Source: Myxococcota bacterium
GTDB lineage: Bacteria; Myxococcota_A; UBA796; UBA2385
DNA: 64,000 nt
Assembly (NCBI GenBank): GCA_044344255.1
Contig: JBIJDH010000002.1
Coordinates: 64,001 to 128,000, forward strand
Reading direction: 5' to 3'
In this document: positions 36,709 through 46,087 of the stretch, piece by piece
Layout of the letters: each line of letters opens with the position of its first letter
How positions within the stretch are numbered: the first letter of the stretch is position 1
Notes under the pieces: model-generated
Told to the model about the DNA's origin: nothing
The model's input: the letters and a program-made list of their open reading frames with translations, nothing else
Databases searched by the model: none
Made by a program: the position numbers and the translations under genes

Positions 36709-37472
36709 CCCCCCTCATCGAGCTGCGCGGGATGGCGATCCGCGCCGCGGAGCGCCGCCTCGTGGCGGACGTCAACGTCACCGTCTACGGCGGGCGGGTG
36801 ACCGCGCTGGTCGGCCCCTCGGGGGCTGGGAAGTCGCTCACCGCGCGGGCCTGCATGGGCGTGCTCGACGTCGAGCCGGGGCTCGAGGCGGGGACGCTGC
36901 GATACCCGGAGATCGACGCCGAGCGAGACTGGTTCGCCGGGGTGCGCGGCGGCGGTCCTGCGGCGCAGCGGGCTCTGCTCGAGCGGACACGCCACCTCCG
37001 CGGTGCCTTCTTCAGCTACTCGCCCCAAGCGGCCGCCTCAGCCCTGAACCCGGGCCGCACGATCGGCCGGCAGCTCGAGCTCGCGATCGCCCGTCGGAGC
37101 CAAGCCCCCGCCTCGCTCGGCGCAGAGGTCCGAAAGCTGCTCCGCGAGGTAGGCCTCGGCCCGGAGGCCAGCGCGGCGCTCCCCGGCGAGCTCTCCGGGG
37201 GCATGTGCCAGCGGGCGGCACTGGCGATCGCCGTCGCGCCGGCGCCCCGCCTCGTGATCGCCGACGAGCCCGAGACCGGCCTCGATCCGGTGCTGCGGCG
37301 AGCGGTCATCGAGCTCCTCGTCAAGGTGTGCAAGGACAACGGCGCCGGGCTCCTCCTCATCAGCCACCACGCTGACACCATCGATCGGATCGCCGACGAC
37401 ATCGTTCGCCTGCCGGGCCCGCCAAGCTCGGTCGCACAGGACGGCCCGCCGGTCGCTGCGGTGCACGGATGA
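36705..37472 (+). CDS. ABC ATPase, DppD-like
   Basis: GPSGAGKS, LSGGMCQR, IADEP. Confidence 0.92.
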   Translation: MTPLIELRGMAIRAAERRLVADVNVTVYGGRVTALVGPSGAGKSLTARACMGVLDVEPGLEAGTLRYPEIDAERDWFAGVRGGGPAAQRALLERTRHLRGAFFSYSPQAAASALNPGRTIGRQLELAIARRSQAPASLGAEVRKLLREVGLGPEASAALPGELSGGMCQRAALAIAVAPAPRLVIADEPETGLDPVLRRAVIELLVKVCKDNGAGLLLISHHADTIDRIADDIVRLPGPPSSVAQDGPPVAAVHG

Positions 37473-38410
37473 GCGGGCCCGTCGTTCAGGTCAAGCGGCT
37501 GGGAAAGACCTTCACCCAGGGCGGCGCTTGGCCGTGGAGCCCGGTGCGCCACATCCCTGCGGTGCAGGGGGTGGACTTCGAGGTCGGGGCCGGTGAGGTC
37601 GTGGCGCTGGTCGGGCAGTCGGGATCGGGCAAGACGACGGTGTCTCGCATCGTGCTCGGCCTCGAGGAGCCCACCTCCGGCGAGGTCTGGCTCGACGGGC
37701 AGCGCTGGGACGGCCTGACCGAGGCGGAGCGACGCCCCAAGCGGGTCCGCTATCAATATGTGCCGCAGGACGCCCTCGGGGCCCTTGACCCCCAGCAGAC
37801 CGCCCTTGACCACGTGATCGAGACGCTGATCGCCCTCGGCGGCTGCGATCGACGGGAGGCCCGCGATCGGGGGCGCGACATCCTCGACCGCCTCGGCCTC
37901 GGCGCGCGCACCGCCGCGCTGCCGCGGGAGATGTCGGGCGGGGAGCAGCGGCGCGTGACCTTGGCGCGGGTGTTGGCCCTCGAGCCGCGCCTCGTGGTGG
38001 CCGATGAGCCGACGAGCGGCCTCGACGTCGATCGGCGGGCCTCCGTCCTCGAGGCCCTGGTCGGAAACCTGCCGAAGGGCGCCGGCTGCATCCTGGTGAC
38101 CCACGACATGGCCGAGGCGCGGGGATGGTGCAACCGGGTGCTGACGATGCTCGCGGGGAGGGTCATCGAGGAGGTCGACCTCTCCCAGGACGAGCCTCTT
38201 CACCCGTACGCACGCCTGCTCTTCGATCCCTGGTCCGGTCCCTTGCCGGCCGGTCCGCTGGCCCAGGTGGGCTGCCCCTTCCGTCCGGACTGTCCGCTGG
38301 CTACCGGAGAGGCGGCGGCGCGCTGCGCGGCTGAGGTTCCTTCGTTGCAGCTGCTCCGCGAGCCCGCGCATCGGGTAGCCTGTCATGCACTGAGGGGAGT
38401 GCGCCCATGA
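37469..38410 (+). CDS. ABC ATPase, DppF-like, with C-terminal Cys cluster
   Basis: GQSGSGKT, MSGGEQRR, VADEP, HPY...GCPFRPDCP...C...ACH. Confidence 0.93.
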   Translation: MSGPVVQVKRLGKTFTQGGAWPWSPVRHIPAVQGVDFEVGAGEVVALVGQSGSGKTTVSRIVLGLEEPTSGEVWLDGQRWDGLTEAERRPKRVRYQYVPQDALGALDPQQTALDHVIETLIALGGCDRREARDRGRDILDRLGLGARTAALPREMSGGEQRRVTLARVLALEPRLVVADEPTSGLDVDRRASVLEALVGNLPKGAGCILVTHDMAEARGWCNRVLTMLAGRVIEEVDLSQDEPLHPYARLLFDPWSGPLPAGPLAQVGCPFRPDCPLATGEAAARCAAEVPSLQLLREPAHRVACHALRGVRP

Positions 38411-39624
38411 CCCTGTTTCAAAGACTCTCGCCTGCCGCGGTCCTCGTGGTCGCCGCTGGGGTCCTGCTCGCCGCTCCCCGCGCCGCCGAGGCGGCAGACG
38501 CCGCGGCCGCCCAGGCCGAGCACACCCGTCTGTCGGAGGAGATGCGCAAGCTGGCCTCTCGAAACGCCTGGATGGGTGTGGAGAAGGGCTACCTCAACAT
38601 GCTGAACGTCGAGAAGCAGGGCGCGGTGCTCACCTACGACGATCACATGTTGGGCGCCCAGGCTGCTCGCGCCCTCGGTGACACCACCGCGGTCTATGAT
38701 CGGCTGCTTCGCGCGCGATCCAAGAAGAAGACGGACGAGGTCGCGGCCTGGATCGCCGACATCGAGGGCAGCTACGGCCGGGTCGAGCTCTTGAAGGACG
38801 TCAAGTGGGCGGGCACGCTCACCCTCACCCCCGACGAGATGCCCTTCGCCCCCGACCAGCGCGCCGTCATCGCCGTCGCCTTTGAGGCGATCAAGACCAA
38901 GGGCGAGTACAAGGGGCTGCTACCCTTCGGCGGGTACTCCCTCGCCGGGCAACACTTCGAGGTGAAGCCGGGCGGAGAGCTCGCCGTCGCCGCCCTCAAG
39001 GCCGAGGGGAAGAGCGGGAACAAGGTGCAGACGCACGAGCGTCGAGACGGCCTCCGCTTTGATCTGGGGCCCCTGTACAGCGTCGTCGGTGACCCCAAGA
39101 CCGACGAGGGGCCGGAGGGCTTCTCGGGTTACGGGGTCCGGGCGGGGCTCGGCTGGGAGGTTGAGCTGGCCCGCCCCGTCGGGCTCGTGCTCCAGGCGGG
39201 ATACCAGGGCACGCTGGCCGGCTCGGCCAACGAGCCCGCAGAGCTCTATGGCACGACCGTCAACGCGAACGCCAAGGGGGACTCGCTGCACCTCTTCTTC
39301 GTCAGCGGCGGAGTGGCTGTGTGGCCGACGAAGAACCTCTCCATTTCGGTGGGTCCGAGCTGGTCTATCGGCGGCGCCCACATCACGGGGGCGCCCGCCG
39401 GGGGCTGCCTCGAAGGTCAATCCGCGGTCGCATGCGAGAATGCGACCGCGGAGGCCACCGTCATGCCGGTGGGAGGTTCGGCGGGGCTGTTCTACGGCTT
39501 CGCGGGCTTCCCTGGAATGAAGCGCTCCCGCAGCGGTGTCAGCTTGAACGGCGGTGCCGTCGCTGACTCCACCCGACTGTACCCGTGGGCCCAGCTCGCG
39601 TTCACCATCGCCCCGTCGAGTTGA
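38407..39624 (+). CDS. Secreted protein: helical N-domain plus probable C-terminal OM beta-barrel
   Basis: Signal peptide; Gly/aromatic amphipathic strands ending YPWAQLAFTI. Confidence 0.7.
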   Translation: MTLFQRLSPAAVLVVAAGVLLAAPRAAEAADAAAAQAEHTRLSEEMRKLASRNAWMGVEKGYLNMLNVEKQGAVLTYDDHMLGAQAARALGDTTAVYDRLLRARSKKKTDEVAAWIADIEGSYGRVELLKDVKWAGTLTLTPDEMPFAPDQRAVIAVAFEAIKTKGEYKGLLPFGGYSLAGQHFEVKPGGELAVAALKAEGKSGNKVQTHERRDGLRFDLGPLYSVVGDPKTDEGPEGFSGYGVRAGLGWEVELARPVGLVLQAGYQGTLAGSANEPAELYGTTVNANAKGDSLHLFFVSGGVAVWPTKNLSISVGPSWSIGGAHITGAPAGGCLEGQSAVACENATAEATVMPVGGSAGLFYGFAGFPGMKRSRSGVSLNGGAVADSTRLYPWAQLAFTIAPSS

Positions 39625-39635
39625 AGGAGAGAGGG

Positions 39636-40697
39636 ATGTTCGGAACGGTCCGCCTCGCGCTCGTCGCGTTGGCTTCCACTTGGGTGGCCTCCGCAGAGGC
39701 CGTTGAGGTGAACATCACGGCGAAGGGCCATGCCTTCAACCCGTCCTGGTCACCGGACGGTCAATGGCTGGCATTTGAGTTGAACAAATACGAGGGAGCC
39801 ATCGAGCTCTACGTCGTCAAGATCGCCAACGGCAACCCGGTCGGCGCGCCCTTGAAGGTCGACGTGCCGGGGGCGACCTCGAGCTTCGCGACCGGGGGCA
39901 GCGTCGCTCAGGCGCCGAACTGGCACCCCAAGGGCATGCTCATCTTCGAGGGGAGCAATTCCGGCGGCACAAACCGGCTCTACTATTGGGCGCCGAGCGG
40001 CCAGAAGGCGTCGGAGCTGCTCAACGTGGGGCAGATCAAGGGCGATCTCTCTTGGCCGAGCGTCTCGCCGGACGGCAAGACGGTCGCCTTCGTGAGCGAC
40101 GCCACGGGCCTCGGTGACCTGTACACCTGGAACCGCGACACCAACGCGGTCACGATGGCCTTGACGTCACCCTTCTCCGAGATGGCGCCGCGCTACTCCG
40201 CAGACAGCACCTCGATCGCCTACTCTCGCAAGAACCAGGGCGGCGAGGATCTCTTCGTCTTCACGGGTGGTCAGTCGGTGCCCCGAATCGGCGGCAATGG
40301 TGACCAGAGCCGACCGATCTGGTCAGGGGGGACGTTGGTGTTCTTCTCCAACGAGCGCGGGGATGACCGTTGGGACATCGCGAACTCGGCCGCGGTGGGT
40401 GACAAGAAGACGATCGCCAAGGACATCCGCCTACCGCTGCGGGCCTCTCCCTCGCTGTCCCCCGACGGCAAGTGGGTGGCCTACGGGGTGGTGACCCCGG
40501 AGAAGGCCGACGCCATCTTCCTCACGACCGTGGACGGCAGCCGCACCGTTGAGATCAACACCGGCCTCGTCGCGACAGGTGAGCCGGCGATGATCAGCAC
40601 GGGTGGGCGGACCTGGCTCGCCTTCACTGCGCTGCCGAGCAACTCGGCCGACTGGCGGAGCCTGCAGATCATCGACGTGACCGACAAGCTCCAGTAG
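39636..40697 (+). CDS. TolB-like PD40-repeat beta-propeller
   Basis: Signal peptide; PSWSPDGQWLAF, PSVSPDGKTVAF, PSLSPDGKWVAY. Confidence 0.88.
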   Translation: MFGTVRLALVALASTWVASAEAVEVNITAKGHAFNPSWSPDGQWLAFELNKYEGAIELYVVKIANGNPVGAPLKVDVPGATSSFATGGSVAQAPNWHPKGMLIFEGSNSGGTNRLYYWAPSGQKASELLNVGQIKGDLSWPSVSPDGKTVAFVSDATGLGDLYTWNRDTNAVTMALTSPFSEMAPRYSADSTSIAYSRKNQGGEDLFVFTGGQSVPRIGGNGDQSRPIWSGGTLVFFSNERGDDRWDIANSAAVGDKKTIAKDIRLPLRASPSLSPDGKWVAYGVVTPEKADAIFLTTVDGSRTVEINTGLVATGEPAMISTGGRTWLAFTALPSNSADWRSLQIIDVTDKLQ

Positions 40698-40793
40698 TCG
40701 GTCGTCCTCGGCGCGGCGGTGGGCCTGCTCGTCAGCGGGCCCCCCCCTGAGTGTGTTTGCGGCGCGCCGTGCGTCAGGGCCGGTGGGGTGGGA

Positions 40794-41525
40794 TCAGAAC
40801 CACTTGCAGGCCTTCTCGCTCAAGTAGTTGAGCGCCGTGTCGTTGATCTGGCCCGTGGCGTATGGGGTGCCCGACTCTGCGTAATAGAGGAGCGTGGTGC
40901 CGTCGCCCTTGTCGAGGACCGCGTAGGCTGTGGACCAGCTCTCTTCGCCCTCGAAGAGGCCCTCCGGGCAGTCGGTCTGGGTGATGTCGATCGAGGCGCT
41001 GACCTGGAGCCCGAAGTCGCAGGCCGCGCAGGCGCCGGTGCTCGTCTCCGTTGCGCTCGTGAGCCAGGTGATCACACAGTCGTCCTCCCCGGTTGCCTGC
41101 CAGGCCGCGTTGGAGAAGAGGATCCACTGCTCGAAGCCGCTCCAGCCACCCGCGCCGTCGGAGCGGAGCTCGCCGTACCAGTAGCTGGCGGCGCCGGGGA
41201 TCGGGGTGCCGTCGTAGTCCTCACAGCCACCCTGATCGAGGCCGACGCGGAGGTCGTCGAGGCCGGTGCCGTCGCCGCCGTCGCCGCCGTCGCTGCCGTC
41301 GCCGCCATCCGAGCCGTCTGCGCCGTCGCCGCCGCCGTCATTGCCGCCGTCACCGCCATCTGCCCCGTCGGTGCCATCTGTAGAGGAGGTCCCCGTCTCG
41401 CTGGCGGTGGGCTTGCCACTACAGGCGCCGAGCGCGGTGAGCGCGGCGAGCAGGCTGAGCGGCCAAGCCCTGCGAGATCGCGGGGTGCAGGCAAGGGGGA
41501 CCACCAGTTCAAGGCGCGTCGTCAT
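40794..41525 (-). CDS. Cys-rich lipoprotein with GGDG linker (paralog of next gene)
   Basis: ALGAC lipobox; CVITW, GACAACD, CPEGL, LNYLSEKACKWF. Confidence 0.8.
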   Translation of the reverse strand: MTTRLELVVPLACTPRSRRAWPLSLLAALTALGACSGKPTASETGTSSTDGTDGADGGDGGNDGGGDGADGSDGGDGSDGGDGGDGTGLDDLRVGLDQGGCEDYDGTPIPGAASYWYGELRSDGAGGWSGFEQWILFSNAAWQATGEDDCVITWLTSATETSTGACAACDFGLQVSASIDITQTDCPEGLFEGEESWSTAYAVLDKGDGTTLLYYAESGTPYATGQINDTALNYLSEKACKWF

Positions 41526-41527
41526 GG

Positions 41528-42184
41528 TCAGAACCAGTTGCACTTGTGGTTGGAGACGTAGTTGAGCTTACCGCCAGAGTGGTAGCCCTGCCCCAGCATC
41601 TTCCCGCTCTTGTGGAAGAAGACGGTCGTGGTGCCGTCGGACAGCCGCTTGATGTCGTACTGCTCGTCCCAAGGTTTGGCCTCCTTCTTGACGAGGCCCT
41701 CCACGCACTTGCTGGCGTTGATGTTCGGCTCGCCGTGCACCTTCACGGAGAGGTCACAGTCGCCGCAGGCGCCCACCGTGCTCGTGAAGCCCGTGACCTT
41801 CCAGGTGATGTCGCAGTCGCCGCCCCCGCGGGCCACCCACTTCGGGTTGGCGAAGAGGATCCAGCTCTCGGAGCCGCTCACGGCGTTACCGTTGATGGTG
41901 AGCTCCCCCGAGAAGTAGCCGTCAGCGCCTTCGTTTCCGGGGCCGTTGTCACAGAGGCCGCGCTGGAGGGTGGCCTTGAGGTCGGGCAGGGCGCCCTCGG
42001 CGATGGGGGAGGGGGGAGCGGCAGGAGCGCCGGCCTGGGCGGTCCCCACCTCGGCGGAGGGCGCCGCGGGGGCGGCGAGCGGGGTGGCCTCCGCGCCTTC
42101 GGGTTGGTCGCCGCCCGCGCAGGCGAGGGCCGAGAGGGCCAGGAGGGCGACCGTCGTGGGGAGGAGCCAGCGCACCCGTTCCAT
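41528..42184 (-). CDS. Cys-rich lipoprotein (paralog of previous gene)
   Basis: ALAC lipobox; CDITW, GACGDCD, CVEGL, LNYVSNHKCNWF. Confidence 0.8.
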   Translation of the reverse strand: MERVRWLLPTTVALLALSALACAGGDQPEGAEATPLAAPAAPSAEVGTAQAGAPAAPPSPIAEGALPDLKATLQRGLCDNGPGNEGADGYFSGELTINGNAVSGSESWILFANPKWVARGGGDCDITWKVTGFTSTVGACGDCDLSVKVHGEPNINASKCVEGLVKKEAKPWDEQYDIKRLSDGTTTVFFHKSGKMLGQGYHSGGKLNYVSNHKCNWF

Positions 42185-42282
42185 GTGTACTCCGTGCCCT
42201 CGATGATAGCGCGAAGCCGAGGGACGCGCCCCGCTGACAGCCCCGAAGTGGACAGGGTAAGGAGGGCCTCCAGGAGGTGCTC

Positions 42283-43344
42283 ATGGCCGCTCGACCCTCG
42301 CTCCCTCGCCGCGTCGCGTCCGCGCTCGGTCGGTCGCTCTCCGCCGCGCTGCTGCTCGGCGCCCTCAGCCTCGCCCCCCGGGTCGCGGTGGCGCAAGATC
42401 TCGGCTTCGGCTTCGTGCCCTCCCCTGCCGCCGGAGAGAAGCCCGCCCTGCTCATCACGCCCGAGCGGGCCGTGAAGGAGCTCCACGTCGAGATCACCGC
42501 CGGCGGCAAGAGCTGGACCTTCGACAAGGTCAACCAGGCGGCTGGAAAGCAGATCCGCCTCTCTTGGGATCGAGACACGTCGGTCACGGAGGCGGAGGCC
42601 TTCGTCCGCGCCGTCTTTCCGGACGGCTTCGTGGGCGAGTACAACGTGCCCATCCGCTACTCGTACGGCGAGCGACTCTCGGTCGACCTCAGCCGCGCCA
42701 CCGCCGACGTGAGCAAGCGGACCCTGAAGGTGAAGGTCACCGCCAAGGTCGACACCGCCGACATCACCGCCTACGGCGCCAAGAAGGTGGTGGTTGATCA
42801 GAGCTCGGTGAGCGTGGGCAGCGGCCCGGGTGAGATCACGCTGCCCTGGGTGGGCGATCCCGCTGACGTCGTGCTGCTCGACGTCACCCTCCATGGCGGC
42901 TCGGCCTACACTGGCTTCACCTACTCCCCCTGGTTCCTCAACATCCCGCACGACGACGTGCTCTTCGACTCAGACTCGGCCAACGTCCCGCCCACCGAGT
43001 CCTTCAAGCTCGAGGCCACGCTGCGCGATCTCACCGACGTGCTCGACAAGTACGGCGACATCGTGCCGGTGAAGCTCTACATCGCCGGCTGCACCGACAC
43101 GGTGGGCGACGGCGCCCACAATAAGGACCTCTCCACCCGTCGGGCCAAGGCCATCGCCGTGTGGTTGAGGGCGCACGGCTACGACAAGCCCATCTTCTAC
43201 CATGGGTATGGCGAGGGTTTCCTCGCGGTCCCCACCGGAGACGGCGTGGACGAGGCGCGCAACCGCCGCGTGCTCTACATGGTGGGAGCGAACCCACCGC
43301 CCCCCGGCTCCGGCGTGCCGGGCGGGAGCTGGGTCGCCCTCTGA
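42283..43344 (+). CDS. OmpA C-terminal (peptidoglycan-binding) domain protein
   Basis: VLFDSDS, IAGCTDTVG, NKDLSTRRA, GYGE, ARNRRV. Confidence 0.9.
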   Translation: MAARPSLPRRVASALGRSLSAALLLGALSLAPRVAVAQDLGFGFVPSPAAGEKPALLITPERAVKELHVEITAGGKSWTFDKVNQAAGKQIRLSWDRDTSVTEAEAFVRAVFPDGFVGEYNVPIRYSYGERLSVDLSRATADVSKRTLKVKVTAKVDTADITAYGAKKVVVDQSSVSVGSGPGEITLPWVGDPADVVLLDVTLHGGSAYTGFTYSPWFLNIPHDDVLFDSDSANVPPTESFKLEATLRDLTDVLDKYGDIVPVKLYIAGCTDTVGDGAHNKDLSTRRAKAIAVWLRAHGYDKPIFYHGYGEGFLAVPTGDGVDEARNRRVLYMVGANPPPPGSGVPGGSWVAL

Positions 43345-43378
43345 GCCACCCCCTTCGAGACCCATCGAGGCCCCCGCC

Positions 43379-44584
43379 ATGCGCCTTCGTCGTGACGCCG
43401 TTGCCCTGATCCTCGGGACCTCCGCCGTGGTCATCGGCGGGATGGCCTTCAGCGCGAACCGCCTCTTCTCCAGCCAGATGGCCGAGATCGAAGCGGGCCA
43501 GTTCAAGTTGCTGCGGACGATCGTCGACTTCAACCTGCAAGGCGGGCAGGAGCGAGCGCTCTCTCGGGCCGAGCTCCTCGCGGCCACCCCGGCGATCCGG
43601 GAAGCCTTCGCGTCCGGCGACCGCGATCGCCTGCTCTCGGACACTCAGGCCCTCTTCGAGATCCAACGAGACAAGTACGGCCTCGATCAGCTCCAATTTG
43701 TCACCGCAGACAACGTCTCCTTCCTCCGCGTACACAAGCCGGAGAAGTTCGGAGACGACCTCTCTTCCTTCCGGCCCATCGTGGTGGCGGTCAACCAGGA
43801 CCACGTGGCACGTCGGGGCATCTCGCTCAGCCGCACCGGCCCTGCGCTGATGGGCGTGGTGCCGATGCTCACCCCTGCGGGAGAGCCCGCAGGCCTCGTC
43901 GAGATGGGCCTCGACTTCGGGCCGGTCCTCGACCGCTTGAAGGCGACCTACGGCTTTGACCTCACCTTCTTTGTTCAGGAGGAGCCTCTTCGCGCCGTCG
44001 CGACCAGCGTCGATCCCGCCGTGCTGGACGAGACGAACCGCGTGGGGGCCTACCTCAAGTACCACTCCACCAACTGGGAGCGGATGCGGGGCCTCGTGTC
44101 GAGCGAAGACCTCGCCGCCGTCTCGGGCGACAGCGTCGAGTACACCCGCGAGAACCTCGGCGTCCCCTACGGCGTCGTGATGGTCTCCCTCAAGAACGCC
44201 GCGGGCGACCCCATCGGGGTCGTGGCGAGCGCGAAGGACTTTAGTGACACCCGCGCGGCCGGCGGTCGGGTGGCGGTCGTGCAGGCCGCCTCCTCGATCT
44301 TCGGGCTGATCGTGTTGGCGGGGGCCGTCGCCGTCGCGATCAACGGCTTCCTGCTCCGACCGCTGCGCGCGCTCTCCGACGCGATGGCGGCGCTCGCGGC
44401 GGGAGATGCCGGCCGGGTCGTCGATCTGACCGGCTCCTGTGAGGAGCTGGCCGTCGCCGCCGACCGCTACGAAGCGCTCCGCGCCTCGGCCGCTCGACCG
44501 CTCGGCCGGTCGCAGGCCATCGAGGAAGGGTCGGTGACCGACGAGGTGCCCCGGCCCGGCCCGAACACGGCACGCGGAGCATGA
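43379..44584 (+). CDS. Two-TM Cache (dCache_3-like) + HAMP sensor with no output domain
   Basis: SFLRVHKPEKFGDDLSSFRPIV, GLVEMG, TM2, RPLRAL...LAAGD...EELA; stops about 30 aa after HAMP. Confidence 0.85.
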   Translation: MRLRRDAVALILGTSAVVIGGMAFSANRLFSSQMAEIEAGQFKLLRTIVDFNLQGGQERALSRAELLAATPAIREAFASGDRDRLLSDTQALFEIQRDKYGLDQLQFVTADNVSFLRVHKPEKFGDDLSSFRPIVVAVNQDHVARRGISLSRTGPALMGVVPMLTPAGEPAGLVEMGLDFGPVLDRLKATYGFDLTFFVQEEPLRAVATSVDPAVLDETNRVGAYLKYHSTNWERMRGLVSSEDLAAVSGDSVEYTRENLGVPYGVVMVSLKNAAGDPIGVVASAKDFSDTRAAGGRVAVVQAASSIFGLIVLAGAVAVAINGFLLRPLRALSDAMAALAAGDAGRVVDLTGSCEELAVAADRYEALRASAARPLGRSQAIEEGSVTDEVPRPGPNTARGA

Positions 44585-45672
44585 GCGTGAGTCCCCGCTG
44601 TCGCGCGCCCGCGCTCGCGGCCCTCGCGCTGCTCCTCTCCCTCGTCGGGCGTGACGCGGCGGCCAGTGACCGCTCGATCCCCATGGGCAAGGGGCTCCCC
44701 GTGGTGGTGCGCACGGGCGCCTACTTCCTTGACGTCGAGCAGGTCGACGACGCCACCGGCACCTTTGATGCCACCCTTGACCTCCGGATGACCTGGGACG
44801 ACCCCCGGCTGCGCTTCTCCGCCCGCGAGGCTCCCGCGGGCTTCCTGGACCTTCGTGACGCCGATGTCGAAGCCCGCCTGAGCGAGATCTGGTCCCCGCA
44901 GCTCGTGCTTCGAAACCTCGTGGGCGATCCGGCCTTCGTGACCGAGCGCCTCCGCGTCTACCCCTCCGGGCGGGTGGAGTGGATGCGGCGCACGAAGGGG
45001 CAGTTCCGGACCGACTTCGACGTCACCCGATTCCCCTTCGACCGGCAACGCCTGTCCGTCGACATCCTCTCCCGACAGGAGCCCACCTCCCGGTTGATCC
45101 TCGCCTATCAGCAGGCAGAGGTGGACTTCAGCCGGCACGCGAAGGAGCTGGCGGTTGTGGGCTGGCAGATCGGGGCGGTGGACCTTGTCCCGTCGACGGA
45201 GGTCGGCTGGGACGGGGACCGCCACTCCACCCTCAGCGCCACCTTGACGGTGGCGCGTGAACCCCTCCGCTCGATCCCGCCGATCTTCGTCCCGCTCCTG
45301 GCCTCTCTGATCATCCCCTTGATCGCGCTGTGGCTCAATCAGTGTGATGAGGAGGGTGAATTCAAGGTGGAGGCTTTCGAGTTGACGAATGTGTTGATCG
45401 GAGGGCTGTTCGCGTTGATCGCGCTCAACTTCACGATCAACTCCTCCTACCCGATGCTCGCGGAGGGCAACCCCGTCGCGACGCTCTTTGGCCTCAACTA
45501 CCTGCTCCTGGCCGTGAGCTTCGCCATCAACATCGGCGTGATGCGCTTCGGCGTCGTCAAGCGCCTGTTCGGCCCGCACGTCCAGGCTGCGGTCTTCGCG
45601 TACTGCGTTTGGGCCCTGCCAGCCGCGGTCCTCGTCTGCGGCGCCGCGATCGTCCTCCACGCGATGGCCTGA
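44581..45672 (+). CDS. Prokaryotic pentameric ligand-gated ion channel (GLIC/ELIC-like)
   Basis: Signal peptide, WDDPRL, IWSPQL, GRVEW, Pro-loop RFPFDRQ, GW, R before M1, four TM helices. Confidence 0.93.
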   Translation: MSVSPRCRAPALAALALLLSLVGRDAAASDRSIPMGKGLPVVVRTGAYFLDVEQVDDATGTFDATLDLRMTWDDPRLRFSAREAPAGFLDLRDADVEARLSEIWSPQLVLRNLVGDPAFVTERLRVYPSGRVEWMRRTKGQFRTDFDVTRFPFDRQRLSVDILSRQEPTSRLILAYQQAEVDFSRHAKELAVVGWQIGAVDLVPSTEVGWDGDRHSTLSATLTVAREPLRSIPPIFVPLLASLIIPLIALWLNQCDEEGEFKVEAFELTNVLIGGLFALIALNFTINSSYPMLAEGNPVATLFGLNYLLLAVSFAINIGVMRFGVVKRLFGPHVQAAVFAYCVWALPAAVLVCGAAIVLHAMA

Positions 45673-45733
45673 GGCCACGCCCCGAACGGGGCCCCCAGGG
45701 CGCCGCGCCTTCCGGGTGGCTAAGGCCTGTCCC

Positions 45734-46087
45734 ATGACGCCCGTGAAGCCCCCGTGCACCCATCGCCACCTCCTCGTCTGCACCAACGTCCGGCCGGACG
45801 GCTCCCCGAAGCCGAGCTGCGGTCGACAGGGAGGGGTCGAGCTCCGGGAGGCCCTGAAGATCCGGGTCAAGGACGCGGGGCTGAAGGGCGTCGTCAAGGT
45901 CACGGCGGCGGGCTGCCTCGACTACTGCCCCGCCGAGGGCGTGGTGGTCGGCTTCTACCCAGACGGTGACTACCTCATCGCCGACGCCGCCACCGAGGCG
46001 GACGCCCTCTGGACCCGGCTCCTCGAGGGGCTGCCGGCGGCGGATGCGCGCGGAGCGGCGGCCCTCCCCCGCGGCCCGTCAGCGTAG
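45734..46087 (+). CDS. Thioredoxin-like [2Fe-2S] ferredoxin
   Basis: HLLVCTN...SC...GCLDYC...VVGFYPDG. Confidence 0.9.
   Translation: MTPVKPPCTHRHLLVCTNVRPDGSPKPSCGRQGGVELREALKIRVKDAGLKGVVKVTAAGCLDYCPAEGVVVGFYPDGDYLIADAATEADALWTRLLEGLPAADARGAAALPRGPSA

Noticed and set aside
39636..43344. Canonical Tol-Pal locus
   Set aside because: No TolQ/R/A; the propeller lacks the TolB N-domain; the OmpA protein is not a short Pal lipoprotein and is separated by opposite-strand genes
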